Origin: Candidatus Atabeyarchaeum deiterrae
Lineage (GTDB): Archaea > Asgardarchaeota > Atabeyarchaeia > Atabeyarchaeales > Atabeyarchaeaceae
Reading direction: 5' to 3'
Assembly (NCBI GenBank): GCA_037310415.1
Contig: CP147780.1
Coordinates: forward strand, 2,016,001 to 2,080,000
Length of the DNA stretch: 64,000 nucleotides
The notes beneath the pieces were generated by a model. That model did not search any database. It worked only from the letters and a program-made list of their open reading frames with translations, and was not told the origin of the DNA. The position numbers and the translations under genes are program-made. Shown here in pieces: positions 25,694-35,808 of this stretch. Within the stretch, counting starts at the first letter, position 1, and every line of letters starts with the position of its first letter.

Positions 25694-26180
25694 CTAACTC
25701 CAGACGATTTGTCTGGTGTCGTTTGTACTATCGCTTTGTTTATACTGCGAATCTGCCAAACCAACAATCCTAACGATACCAGATAAAGATCAACGCTGAG
25801 ACGAAGACAGTGGAACATTCAGTCTACGCGCTGAGTCTGTCAATCACATCAAGACAATTAAGTTCGCAACACCTGAAGAGACCGATACGCCTGCATCATT
25901 TACGTTAGTGATGAGGTGGCATAGCAAAGGAACAGGAGATGCAAAAGAGGAGACGAACTGGGCACATTTTCTTGTTATTCCAAAGAATTGGAAACTGCGA
26001 CCCGGAATGCAAATTGTGCCCTAGCTGATTGTGGAAAAAGTCCTAAATCGCTGAGGCTATCGATCTGCCCGCGGGATGCCAATATCAAGCGTTCTTTGAC
26101 CTTCTCTAACGCTTGCCCATAAAATCTATGCTCTTTTTCGCCTTCTAGATATGGCAATATGCTGGAGGGAGAAAGGATGG

Positions 26181-27528
26181 TTGAAGGGTTCTGAGTTACG
26201 TAGTCTTACGTGGTCATACGTAGACATTTTTCGTAGCTCTGGGGACTCATGAGCCTTGCCTCCCTCCCGAGTTCATCGGGAAGCGCATCAGCCTCGTCCC
26301 CTGTCTGGGTGAACCCACTCCACCCCGCCATCAACTCGGTGAAGAGGTTCGGGGATGGAGGAAGCCCCTCCATCTGAAGATACAGGTTAACCGCTGCATT
26401 AAGCTGCCTGTCCACACTCAGCCCACAGAAACGGCACTCGACGAGTCGCGCCCCATTCGGAGCTTTGTTCACGCCTCCACACCTGGAGCACCTCCTCGTC
26501 GTGTTATACGGGTTGAGGAAGCGGATAGGCTTCCCAGTCTTGTAGGCTAGGAACGCCTGGAACATCTTCCAATCCGATTTGGAGAGCCTGCGGTTATGGC
26601 TCCTACCCCAAGTATACATCTTCTCCTTATCCAAGTCCTCGAAGAAGTGCTGAACCGCCGGGAACCGGGCTAGCTTCGAGGTTTCCTTCTGAATAAGGTC
26701 TTTCACCCTATTTCTCTCCCTCGCAGAGTACCTGCCGAGTTTGAACCCCACGCTGGGCTTCTTCGAGGCTACCTGCTGCATGTGTTTCCTCTTGAGCTCG
26801 TAGACTCGGTGAGCATGGTAAACCTGGGATAGGTCCACCCGGACCCATCCGAGCCTCGGGTTGAAAGCGTCGAGAGACGCCTCGTTGGAGTCCCACGCAA
26901 GCCTCTGAACAGGCGGGGCTATCATCTCACCTGGCTGCTCCCCTCGCCTTCTGAACGTGACGGTGAGGGAGTCATCTTTGAGAATAAGTTCCCCCATCAC
27001 CATTCCCTTTGCCCTGCGCTGGAACCATGCCTTGCTCACGTCGAACTCGACGTACTCCTGGTTTGGCTTGACGCTTACTCTAATTATGCCCTTCCTGTAT
27101 GTGTACAGGGTTTCCTTGACTCGGATGAAGCGGCGCCTCACCACAGGCTTCTCAGCGCGGCGATAACCCTTCACGTAGTTTCTCCGCCACGAATTCATGA
27201 CAGAGTACGCCTGCTTGATGGCTGAGTCGACGTAGTGCTTCGAGTATTCCCAGCCCTTCATGAGTATGCCTCGCAGCTCGTGGTGCTTGAAGGTGCCTTC
27301 TCCCAAGATGAAGGGGATTCTCCTCGTGGCGTCTCTTCGGTTTCCGACTCCTTTCCATGGTCCCTTGTTGGACTCCTCCCTCCAGGTGGTTCGGCTCCAC
27401 ACCTCGTCTATTGCCTCTTGTAGGAGGCTCCTGTAGTCCCCGATGAAGCTCCTGAGCAGCTGATTCTCGCCTTCGCCGTGCTTAGCAGTGTAAGCTCTGG
27501 TCTGCTCCAAGGTTCCTGGCGCCTCCAA
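26181..27528 (-). mobile_element. IS200/IS605-family tnpB-only element (left end not defined)
   Basis: tnpB gene followed by a candidate right end ...CAGAACCCTTCAA; no tnpA seen. Confidence 0.6.
26206..27528 (-). CDS. tnpB: TnpB-family RNA-guided nuclease homologue with an altered RuvC-III
   Basis: LAWDSNE (RuvC-I), FFEDL (RuvC-II), CSRCG/CRFCG Zn finger, DRQLNAAVNL. Confidence 0.88.
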   Translation of the reverse strand: MEAPGTLEQTRAYTAKHGEGENQLLRSFIGDYRSLLQEAIDEVWSRTTWREESNKGPWKGVGNRRDATRRIPFILGEGTFKHHELRGILMKGWEYSKHYVDSAIKQAYSVMNSWRRNYVKGYRRAEKPVVRRRFIRVKETLYTYRKGIIRVSVKPNQEYVEFDVSKAWFQRRAKGMVMGELILKDDSLTVTFRRRGEQPGEMIAPPVQRLAWDSNEASLDAFNPRLGWVRVDLSQVYHAHRVYELKRKHMQQVASKKPSVGFKLGRYSARERNRVKDLIQKETSKLARFPAVQHFFEDLDKEKMYTWGRSHNRRLSKSDWKMFQAFLAYKTGKPIRFLNPYNTTRRCSRCGGVNKAPNGARLVECRFCGLSVDRQLNAAVNLYLQMEGLPPSPNLFTELMAGWSGFTQTGDEADALPDELGREARLMSPQSYEKCLRMTT

Positions 27529-27622
27529 ACGCTCAAAGCCAAGCCCATTTAGCTCCGTAACCTTGTATACCTATGATTATTTAAAGTGAAACTGTTCATT
27601 AAGGCGTCACCGGCACCAAGTT

Positions 27623-28933
27623 CTATTCTTTAGTCGCGATCTCCCATTCAACAGGTGTTATTTTCCTGAGGCATTGTTGGACTAACTGGTCGACGCCCAG
27701 ATGTTTCTCGAGTTCCTCCACCACTTGAATGTCCCCTCGGATTTGCGGGTGATCCGGCACACCCCAGCACGGTAATAAGGTGATGGAGGCCGCGGGCGCG
27801 GTGCCGATCTGGCGTGCGAGCGCTACGACCTCCTCCTTGTCGAATCCAAACAAGGGGCGGTGCACTGGGATGGTAACCACGCTATTCAGGACCATGAGGT
27901 TTTGGGCGGTCTGACTGGCCTGCTCCCCGAGGATCTCCCCTGTCACGATCCCCTTCGCCCTGTACATGTGCGCAACCTGTTCCGCGACGCGATACATCAT
28001 GCGCTTGCATAACAGACACGTCACGCCCGCCCGCGCCCCTTGGGACTTGAGGGCGGTCAGGACCTTGCCATAGGGCATCACGAAAACGAGCGGTTTCGCA
28101 GATTGGCCGCGCATGTATTCCACTAGGACTGCTACTTCCTTCAAGGCATTTGAGCGCACGGATCCTTCGGGCTCCCCGCCGCTGGCCTCCTCCTGGGCCG
28201 GGTTCATTATGACGAAGATGAGGGGCGCGCCGCGGCGCATCGCCATCCACGCGGCGACCGGGGAGTCGAAGCCCCCGCTGACGAGGGCAACCAATGGATC
28301 TTCCAGTCCCAATGGGAATCCCCCGGGCGCTTTAATCCGTTCCGCGGAGATAAAGGCCGCGTTCTCGAACACCTCGATCTCGAGCTGTTTCTCCCGCTGG
28401 CACGCCCACGGCCCCATGGTCCAGCGCTCTTCCGCCCGAAAGCGTTTCTTTGAAAGGTCCTTTTTCCCCTTGGCAGGGTCGTTTTCTTCTTGGGAAAATT
28501 TGTCGCACAAGGCGAGAATCTCTCCCTTCCACTGCTTTTCATCAACGGGGGAGGAATCGATGGCCCGAATGGCGATTTTTTTCGTGCGGGGGTATAACCC
28601 GTGGGCAAGCATGAGCTTGGCTGGTACGGTGCGCGTGGAGGTCTTGTCGCTCAGCGGCGTGTGGAAGCACGGAGAGATGGTAGAAATTCCAAAGGTCCGC
28701 CCGACGACGGAGACGATGGCGGGCACGTCCGCTTCGACCAGTTGCCGGGGCACGAGGTAATAGCGGCCGGGGCGCATGATAATTTGGAGGCGTTTGAGCA
28801 TGTCCCCGTTCCCGGTCGCCGTGAAGGCGTTCTGGATGTTCCGCCGGAGCAATGACTCGAGTAGATCCTGCGTTTGGGGGGACTTGATCCCAAATTCACC
28901 GGTGAACCGAACGAGCACGCTATTGTAGATCAT
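27623..28933 (-). CDS. thiI: tRNA 4-thiouridine synthase ThiI
   Basis: VLVRFTGEFGIKS, PP-loop SGGFDSPVA, CLLCKRMM, TGEILGEQASQT, RPLFGFDKEE. Confidence 0.9.
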   Translation of the reverse strand: MIYNSVLVRFTGEFGIKSPQTQDLLESLLRRNIQNAFTATGNGDMLKRLQIIMRPGRYYLVPRQLVEADVPAIVSVVGRTFGISTISPCFHTPLSDKTSTRTVPAKLMLAHGLYPRTKKIAIRAIDSSPVDEKQWKGEILALCDKFSQEENDPAKGKKDLSKKRFRAEERWTMGPWACQREKQLEIEVFENAAFISAERIKAPGGFPLGLEDPLVALVSGGFDSPVAAWMAMRRGAPLIFVIMNPAQEEASGGEPEGSVRSNALKEVAVLVEYMRGQSAKPLVFVMPYGKVLTALKSQGARAGVTCLLCKRMMYRVAEQVAHMYRAKGIVTGEILGEQASQTAQNLMVLNSVVTIPVHRPLFGFDKEEVVALARQIGTAPAASITLLPCWGVPDHPQIRGDIQVVEELEKHLGVDQLVQQCLRKITPVEWEIATKE

Positions 28934-28981
28934 AATGCCTATCCCTTAGGAGAATGAATCCTTTAAGTCCTTTGTGGCGAG

Positions 28982-29455
28982 CTACCAACCCCTTGAAGGG
29001 TGTTGGCTTCCGAGCTTGCAAGCTACTATTTCTCTTGCATGTTCATCCCCGGTTTCTTGGGCTGGCTCATCTGCAGCCCTTCGACCCGCGGCTTTAGCCA
29101 AACAAGGCAGGCCGATGTTCAACGCAGCGTTGTAATCAGCGTTGAAAGTCATGCCACAATCAAGGCAGAAGAGAGTTGACTGATTCATGCGAAGAGTGTG
29201 TCTTGAGCGACATTTCCAACACGTCCTGGACGTCCACCGCTCATCAACAACAGCCGTCCTCAGTCCTCTCTCCGCTCTCTCCTCAACGATGAACCGTATG
29301 ATGCGCGTATAGCTCCAACGCGTCAGCACTCTCCTTAGCCTCTTCTTGCCCTTACCTTTGAAGTTCCTGTACTTGACGCCCTTCGGGTAGCCAACAACGA
29401 GCAGACTTTCCTTGGACATGTCCGCCAGCGCCAATACTGACTTGTCAGCGCGCAT
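28982..29455 (-). pseudogene. tnpB: 5'-truncated TnpB with rearranged RuvC-II, retaining the IS right end
   Basis: VVGYP...VDERWTSRTC..C...C..C..NADYNAALNI; 3' end GAAGCCAACACCCTTCAAGGGGTTGGTAGCTCGC resembles IS605-group right ends. Confidence 0.8.
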
Positions 29456-29503
29456 ATGCTTAAATACTGGAGTGAGCCATACTCGGCTGCAATTTGAGAT
29501 AAA

Positions 29504-30172
29504 ATGTGGGGACAGTTTTCTGTGAGAAGAAGCCTAGTTTATTCGCTTGTAGCGCTCTCGATACTCGTGGTTCTTGTTGCATCCACTACTCCTGCTGTCG
29601 CAGTGGACTACACAAAGGTTGGCGTCAAAGTAGGGGACACCGCAACGTACAGGACAGCCATGTCTGGCTCGACTATCAACAAAACGTTCTATCTAATATA
29701 CGGGATTATTGGAACCGCCTTTTACATCAACTACACATATTTCCTCCCGAATGGCACAGTATCTAGCCAGGGTCAACTTGTCGGGGACACTGTGACTGGG
29801 GGCATGTTGAATGTCTTGGTGACAAGAAACTTGACGGTCAACGACCAGATCTATTCTGGCTCACCGATAAGGATTAATGACTCGAGCGTAATGACCTTCG
29901 GTGGCGTGTCTAGAATCGTCAACCACGCGAGGATTTCCGGTGGATCGTATGAATTCTGGTGGGACAAGGACACAGGTCTCATCGTCAAAATAAACTTCTA
30001 TTCCTCTGGTTGGCTTAACATGACCATGATTTCAACGACAGCTTGGTTTCCTGTGCCTCCTCCGGGTCCAATCGACAATCCATTGATGTTGCCGCTTCTG
30101 GTTATGGGCGCTCTTGTGGTTGTGCTTCTTGTAGCGATAGTTGTTGTGGCTAGACACAAGAAGCAGAGATGA
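29504..30172 (+). CDS. Secreted, C-terminally anchored surface protein (paralog 1 of 6)
   Basis: Signal peptide, DYTKVGVKVGD, WDKDTGL, many N-x-S/T sequons, TM + basic tail. Confidence 0.85.
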   Translation: MWGQFSVRRSLVYSLVALSILVVLVASTTPAVAVDYTKVGVKVGDTATYRTAMSGSTINKTFYLIYGIIGTAFYINYTYFLPNGTVSSQGQLVGDTVTGGMLNVLVTRNLTVNDQIYSGSPIRINDSSVMTFGGVSRIVNHARISGGSYEFWWDKDTGLIVKINFYSSGWLNMTMISTTAWFPVPPPGPIDNPLMLPLLVMGALVVVLLVAIVVVARHKKQR

Positions 30173-30564
30173 AGCGGGTGCGCGATAATGCGCGCTCCAG
30201 GGGTTCCTTCATCGAGGCAAATCAAGCGTATCGGGAAAAAGGGACTTGGCTCTCCACTCATCGGCTTCCAGCCTAGCAGTAGACCCAAGTCGATCGATTA
30301 TCACAAGGGAACGTGTTATCGACAAGGTGTTTCCCACTGGAAATTATGTTGTCATTGCTTAGCTAGAAGAATGCCTTTAATAGCGCAACTATGACACCTC
30401 ATAGCAAGCTAACAACAATCCAAAAAAGAGCCCTGCCGAACTCGGACCCTCCAGGCAGAACGTGGATTTCACGGCCCAGCTGGCGAAAAACCAAATCGCT
30501 TTATATGGGTGCTTCTATATAATCCTCATCAAAAGACAACTAGGAAGGAGATGCGTCGATTACC

Positions 30565-31185
30565 ATGTCTCGGATGAGTAAAACCACTTTCATGTTTGCA
30601 GTAATCGCCCTCGTATTATTCTCTTCGTCAATCATAGTCACGTCGCAGGCTGCTGACTACACCAAGATCGGTGTGAGGGCAGGAGACAGAGCAGACTATT
30701 CCGTGGATCGCTCCGGCCCCGACCGGCTGCGGATAGAAGTAACAGAAGTTACAGGAGTCTTCGTTAATATCACATACACAGATTACTGGTCCAACGGCAC
30801 GGTGGTAGACGTTTCCACTGCACGCGGGGACGTTTCAAGTGGCGACCTGGCGGAGCTTCTGGTATGCAGAGGTCTGCAAGCAGGTGACCAACTATACCAA
30901 GGAGCAACTGGACTATACTTCAACAACACCTTAAGCATGGAGATCGCTGGAGCAACAAGAACCGTGAACGAGATCATTCTCTCAGGCGACCAACACATAT
31001 ACTACGATCAGCAGACTGGAATCTTTGCTAGATTGGTTCACCCGGGAACCGCGAACTACACCATGATCTCGACGAACATGTGGTGGCCAGTTGATCCAAT
31101 GGTGCTGATTCTCATTGGCGGTGGAGTGGCAGCGGTAGCAGTCGTCGCGGTGGCGGCTATAGTCATTAGGCGGCGCGGAAAGTAG
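30565..31185 (+). CDS. Surface protein paralog 2
   Basis: ADYTKIGVRAGD, YDQQTGI, TM + RRRGK. Confidence 0.85.
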   Translation: MSRMSKTTFMFAVIALVLFSSSIIVTSQAADYTKIGVRAGDRADYSVDRSGPDRLRIEVTEVTGVFVNITYTDYWSNGTVVDVSTARGDVSSGDLAELLVCRGLQAGDQLYQGATGLYFNNTLSMEIAGATRTVNEIILSGDQHIYYDQQTGIFARLVHPGTANYTMISTNMWWPVDPMVLILIGGGVAAVAVVAVAAIVIRRRGK

Positions 31186-31789
31186 CACCTAAGAAGCAGA
31201 GTAGACAGGGAGGCCTGGAACAACGATACCGTAGTCTCACCTATCCTCCCCTTTTCTTTTACTCTTTCTTGAGAGGGAAAGCAAGTCGGGTTCTTGCCTA
31301 AAGTGAGAGGTTGGGTCGGAATCCTCAACTCTAGCGTCCTTTGGTTGTTTCAGCTACTTGTGCCAGGGGAGTGGCAAACGTGGGCAGGTAGATGGAGAGG
31401 TTAGGCGTCTGAAGGACAGTATTGCCGACTCTCACCAGCACGAAGATTCAAGAGGTTTGAGTGAAGCTATGGGAACAGGCCAAGCGGTTTCCCCATGGCT
31501 TGTTTGCTCGCGCGGTCTTAACGGGGGGTCGCTTGAAGATTCCTAGAATTGGAGATATCTATCCGCGTTTAACTGAGTCGATTGCTTGTCTCGGGGCATC
31601 GCACGGGGAAAGTCCACGTTGTCTCTCGCCAAGCTGTTGGACAATGGAATCTTTAATAGAGTGAAAAGGCTAGTAATTGTTCGAGTCTGGCGTGAAGCGG
31701 CGCCAGAGAGGGAAATAGGACCCACCAGTCCTGACGACCAAATCCACCGCTTGATTGCGCCCTCTCAAACCCCATGAGGCTGACCGAAG

Positions 31790-32095
31790 ATGACAAGCAG
31801 AAAATCGGAGTCCAATAGGATTGTGAAGACGCTACGGGGTCTCAAACAACACATACGAGTTGAGTACAAGGCTGAGATCACCGGTATTTTCGGTTCGTAC
31901 TCTAGAGGGCAGCAGAGAGCGAACAGCGACGTTGACATCCTTGTAAGATTTCTTGAAGGAGCGACACTTTTTGATTTGGTTGGCCTCGGTGACTTCCTGG
32001 AAGGCAAGTTGAGGGTGAAGGTTGATATTGTGTCAGAGGGGGCGGTGAGGAGCGAGCTGAGAGAGCAGATAATGAACGAGGTCGTGCCAGTTTGA
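31790..32095 (+). CDS. MNT nucleotidyltransferase antitoxin
   Basis: GIFGSYSRG...SDVDILV. Confidence 0.9.
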   Translation: MTSRKSESNRIVKTLRGLKQHIRVEYKAEITGIFGSYSRGQQRANSDVDILVRFLEGATLFDLVGLGDFLEGKLRVKVDIVSEGAVRSELREQIMNEVVPV

Positions 32096-32457
32096 ACAGA
32101 GACTATAGACTGTTTATTAGGGACATGGTATCAGCTATGGAATCCATTGAGGCTTTTGTTGGTGCATCGAGCCTCAGTGATTTTAAGCAGGACGACAAGA
32201 CGGCGAGTGCAGTGGTTAGGAAGTTTGAGATTATTGGAGAAGCAACGAAACAAATACCGGAATCCTTGAGAAGAAGGCATCCCGAAATCCCATGGAAAAG
32301 TATGGCTGGCATGAGAGACAGACTTGTTCACGCCTATTTCGGCATAGACTACAAACTTGTTTGGGAAGCCATCAAGCGGCAGATTCCCGACTTGAAACCC
32401 AAGTTGAAGGCGCTGCTAACCGAACTTGAGGAAGAGCCGCACAGGTTCACAAGGTAG
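32092..32457 (+). CDS. HepT/DUF86 HEPN ribonuclease toxin
   Basis: EIIGEA, IPW...GMRDRLVHAYFGID. Confidence 0.9.
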   Translation: MNRDYRLFIRDMVSAMESIEAFVGASSLSDFKQDDKTASAVVRKFEIIGEATKQIPESLRRRHPEIPWKSMAGMRDRLVHAYFGIDYKLVWEAIKRQIPDLKPKLKALLTELEEEPHRFTR

Positions 32458-32553
32458 TGCTTACCTGGTTTCGGTCGACTCAAAACTTATATCATAGGGC
32501 AGACTCCCATATCTACGCATAATTCGATCACGCGTCGATGTGAGGTTCTTGAA

Positions 32554-33684
32554 ATGCTGAAAAAGGATGCTGAAGATGTTTATCGAAAGTTGCGTAAGCA
32601 CTTGGACGAGTTTCCAATTGGTTTTCCTTCCACTGAGTCAGGTGTGGAAATGCGCCTTTTGAAGTACTTCTTTACTCCGGAGGAAGCGGAGTTAGCGATG
32701 CACCTTACGATTCTTCCGCAAACGCTTGAACAGATCCACAAGTCGTTGGAAAAGACGGGCGTTCCCATCGATAAGCTGGAGCACACGTTAGCTCAGATGG
32801 CTAGAAAGGGAAGCATATACTTCGTAAAGGGTAAGGGGAACAACTACTATCTGAATGCGCAGCTTGCAATTGGGATGTATGAACATCAAGTAAACAAGCT
32901 CACCAAGGAATTCCTGGAGGACATGCACCAGTACTTTGATGAGTCATTTGGAAAGGAACTAACACGGCCTGGTAGCTCGCAGATGCGTATTATCCCTGTG
33001 GACAAGAGTGTCACTCCAGAGTACAAAGTTGAAACCTTCGAGAATTTGAAGCAGATCATTGAAGATTTCAACGGGCCGATTAGTGTTGCTAACTGCATAT
33101 GCCGTCAAGGGAATGACCTCCTCGGGCAGCCGTGTAAACAGACTCACCTCCGCGAATCCTGCCTTCAATTCGGCTCTGCCGCACGTATGTACGTGGAGGA
33201 GAAACGCGGCCGCTTCATAACAAAAGATGAGACACTTGAAATCTTGAGGAAAGCCCAGGAAGACGGTCTGGTGCTAGAAATGATGAATACACTCAAGCCG
33301 GCGGCTATCTGCACATGTTGCGGAGACTGCTGTGGATACCTGGCGAATGTCAAGAAGCTTGCTCGTCCTGCTGAATTCCTCCCGTCAAACTACTATGCGA
33401 AGGTTGATGCCGAGTCGTGTTCCGCATGTGAAACTTGCGTGAATGTATGCCCAATGGGTGCTCGAACTGTTAGGGATAATGTGTCGGAGGTCGATCTGGG
33501 GCGATGCATCGGTTGCGGAGTATGCGTTCCAGTGTGCACGGCTGGCGCCACTAAGCTGGTCAAGAAGGAAAAGATCACTTCTCCACCTGCGGACTCTACT
33601 GCGATGTATATGCAGATCTTGAAGAACAAAACGCAGATGAAGAGGACGGAGAAAAAGAGCATTCAACTTCACGCTCCAACGTAA
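32554..33684 (+). CDS. 4Fe-4S dicluster protein with N-terminal HTH-like region
   Basis: CICR, ICTCCGDCC, CSACETCVNVCP, CIGCGVCVPVC. Confidence 0.88.
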   Translation: MLKKDAEDVYRKLRKHLDEFPIGFPSTESGVEMRLLKYFFTPEEAELAMHLTILPQTLEQIHKSLEKTGVPIDKLEHTLAQMARKGSIYFVKGKGNNYYLNAQLAIGMYEHQVNKLTKEFLEDMHQYFDESFGKELTRPGSSQMRIIPVDKSVTPEYKVETFENLKQIIEDFNGPISVANCICRQGNDLLGQPCKQTHLRESCLQFGSAARMYVEEKRGRFITKDETLEILRKAQEDGLVLEMMNTLKPAAICTCCGDCCGYLANVKKLARPAEFLPSNYYAKVDAESCSACETCVNVCPMGARTVRDNVSEVDLGRCIGCGVCVPVCTAGATKLVKKEKITSPPADSTAMYMQILKNKTQMKRTEKKSIQLHAPT

Positions 33685-33722
33685 TGCATGCAGAGGTCGG
33701 ATCATGGGGGTCCTAGTGAGTC

Positions 33723-34376
33723 ATGATCGATGGTAAAACTGTCACTTACACGCTGGCGCAGGGTATTAGTGACCAAGCCAAGACCTACGGCCCTGTTTTC
33801 TCCAGACTCGTCGCGAAGGAGTCAGTCAAGCTGTTGGGTAAACTGCTGAGTCAATCTCCCCCCGATATTGACACGCTTGATGGAGCAGCCTCGTATATAA
33901 TGAGCAACCTAAACAGGTGCCCGCGTGGTTATGCTTGTCTCGCCTACGGCGTGGGGAAAGCAATCAGCACCCTCGAGGGCAGTGTGGGAGGTGGCGCCAA
34001 GATGTTTACGAAGTCTTTCCTCATGGCGGCGATGAAAAAATCAGGACTTGCAAAGGCTTCTGGAAGCACGTCGACTATAGACGCCGTGATTGCTTATCGC
34101 AAGCTGTCGCTGGCAATCAGACTCGCCGAAGAAGGATCCGGGACGTTCTCAGGCAGCGAGCATGAAGCCAATATTAAGGTGACTGACTGTGACTATGCAA
34201 ATGCTTGCATCGAAACAATCCGCGAAGGAACTTCCAGGGCAATAGGCGGGAACGTCTGCGTATGGGGTGTGTCATATGGGGTTTATGCTGAGATAGCAAC
34301 AAGCATGCAGCACGACTACAAGATGATCAAGACTGAACCTCCCAACTGTGAATTAGTTGTTTTCCGTCAAGAATGA
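33723..34376 (+). CDS. V4R/L2R-like Cys-containing small-ligand-binding protein (paralog of 42317)
   Basis: Shares QAKxYGPV..RLVA, STLEG..G.G, CDY...C and PP.CE..VF with 42317..42982. Confidence 0.55.
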   Translation: MIDGKTVTYTLAQGISDQAKTYGPVFSRLVAKESVKLLGKLLSQSPPDIDTLDGAASYIMSNLNRCPRGYACLAYGVGKAISTLEGSVGGGAKMFTKSFLMAAMKKSGLAKASGSTSTIDAVIAYRKLSLAIRLAEEGSGTFSGSEHEANIKVTDCDYANACIETIREGTSRAIGGNVCVWGVSYGVYAEIATSMQHDYKMIKTEPPNCELVVFRQE

Positions 34377-34724
34377 TCGTAGTAGACATTTTTCAGCGCT
34401 TGTAGACGGGCGCGTTCTTTCGCGGGAGCCGTTATTTCTCTTGTTCATGTGTGAATTCTCTTGCCGCAGTGTGGGCAGTACGTGGCATATTCGTGATCAC
34501 TGCCTTCACCTCCACAAAAGAAGATATCGGCGTTACTATGAGAATCTGATAGGTTATGACTGACATACTTCCACCGCTAAAGCCTGTGGGGTTCTGGGGT
34601 CCGACAGGAAGTTCGCAATGGTCGGGACCTGTCACAGGCCCAGAACCATGCACAGTTAAGTGCTCGGGAACGGTGAAGTGTAAATGCTATTCTTAGATTT
34701 TGGAAATGGGAGTGACATCGGCTT

Positions 34725-35441
34725 TTGAGAAAGAATTTAGCTTTCGCCCTAGCGATGATGACAACCCTCTTGGTCTTCTCTGCTATGCTGACGTCTTCTA
34801 CAGCTGCAGACTACACTAAGGTAGGTGTAAAGGCAGGAGACACATTGGACTACTCAGTCTCAGCAAACATAGGAGTCCCGTTAACTGGGACAGCGCACGT
34901 TGCAGTCGTTGGCGTAGTGGGAACTAATGTTACAATGACCGTGGTCTTCACAATGACAAACGGAACGCAGGAGAGTCTCGGGACAATATGGGGAAATGTT
35001 AGCAACGGATATAGCGGTATCGGAATACCCATGTTTGTGTTCATGATCTGTCCGAACTTGGCCGCAGGCGATGCGGCTGTCATTGATAGTGAGGGATCCT
35101 CCTTTTTGGTGATCAACGGGACTACTACGATGGTCGCTGCGGGTGCATCTAGACAGGTGAACTACATATTGGAGAGTTTTGATATGCGTACTGCTCCACC
35201 TGCTGGAGGTCAACTAGCACCAATTCCTCCACAAGTTTATGTTGGGATGTATTGGGACAAACTCACTGGCGTAACTGCACAATGCATCACTAATCTGGGT
35301 GGAGATTGGATGAACTTCACCTTGACGTCTACATCGTTGTGGCTTCCTGACATTGTTCCCATTGTTTTGATTGGAGCAGCTGTGGGCGGAGTCGTCATCG
35401 CGGGTATAGCAGTCTATTTGCTGAAATTCAGGAAGAAGTAG
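34725..35441 (+). CDS. Surface protein paralog 3
   Basis: ADYTKVGVKAGD, YWDKLTGV, TM + RKK. Confidence 0.85.
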   Translation: MRKNLAFALAMMTTLLVFSAMLTSSTAADYTKVGVKAGDTLDYSVSANIGVPLTGTAHVAVVGVVGTNVTMTVVFTMTNGTQESLGTIWGNVSNGYSGIGIPMFVFMICPNLAAGDAAVIDSEGSSFLVINGTTTMVAAGASRQVNYILESFDMRTAPPAGGQLAPIPPQVYVGMYWDKLTGVTAQCITNLGGDWMNFTLTSTSLWLPDIVPIVLIGAAVGGVVIAGIAVYLLKFRKK

Positions 35442-35808
35442 AGATCGGATGCGACAAGATGGCAAATTCTACTATTTCTTCACCTTTTTCTTTTTTCATG
35501 GCATTGCGCTCTGGATACAGAAGGATGGATTCCGGTGTCCTCGTACATGCCGGCAGGAGATTCAGGAGGCTAGCGAGTTCCTAGTCATGTGGGTGTAATT
35601 TCCCGATTTTGGCGTTCATCATTTCTCAACACGTATAAGAGGGTATCGGGGGTTTTTCAACGATGATGCGAGTCTCGCGGGGAGAACTCACCAAGGCGCA
35701 CAAACGGGCACGCGTGCGCTCAGAGTAAGATTTAACCAACCAGTCGTCAGGTTTACTACGAGAGGCATCAATCTCTTGAAACGACGATGAAATTGGTGAT
35801 ATGCCCTG

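Noticed and set aside
27882-28899. Multiple overlapping ORFs within thiI
   Set aside because: Expected from the locally high GC content (few stop codons).
31340-31780. Possible decayed toxin (HicA-like) gene upstream of the MNT-HepT pair
   Set aside because: The resemblance is faint and interrupted by stops; it cannot be supported without a search.
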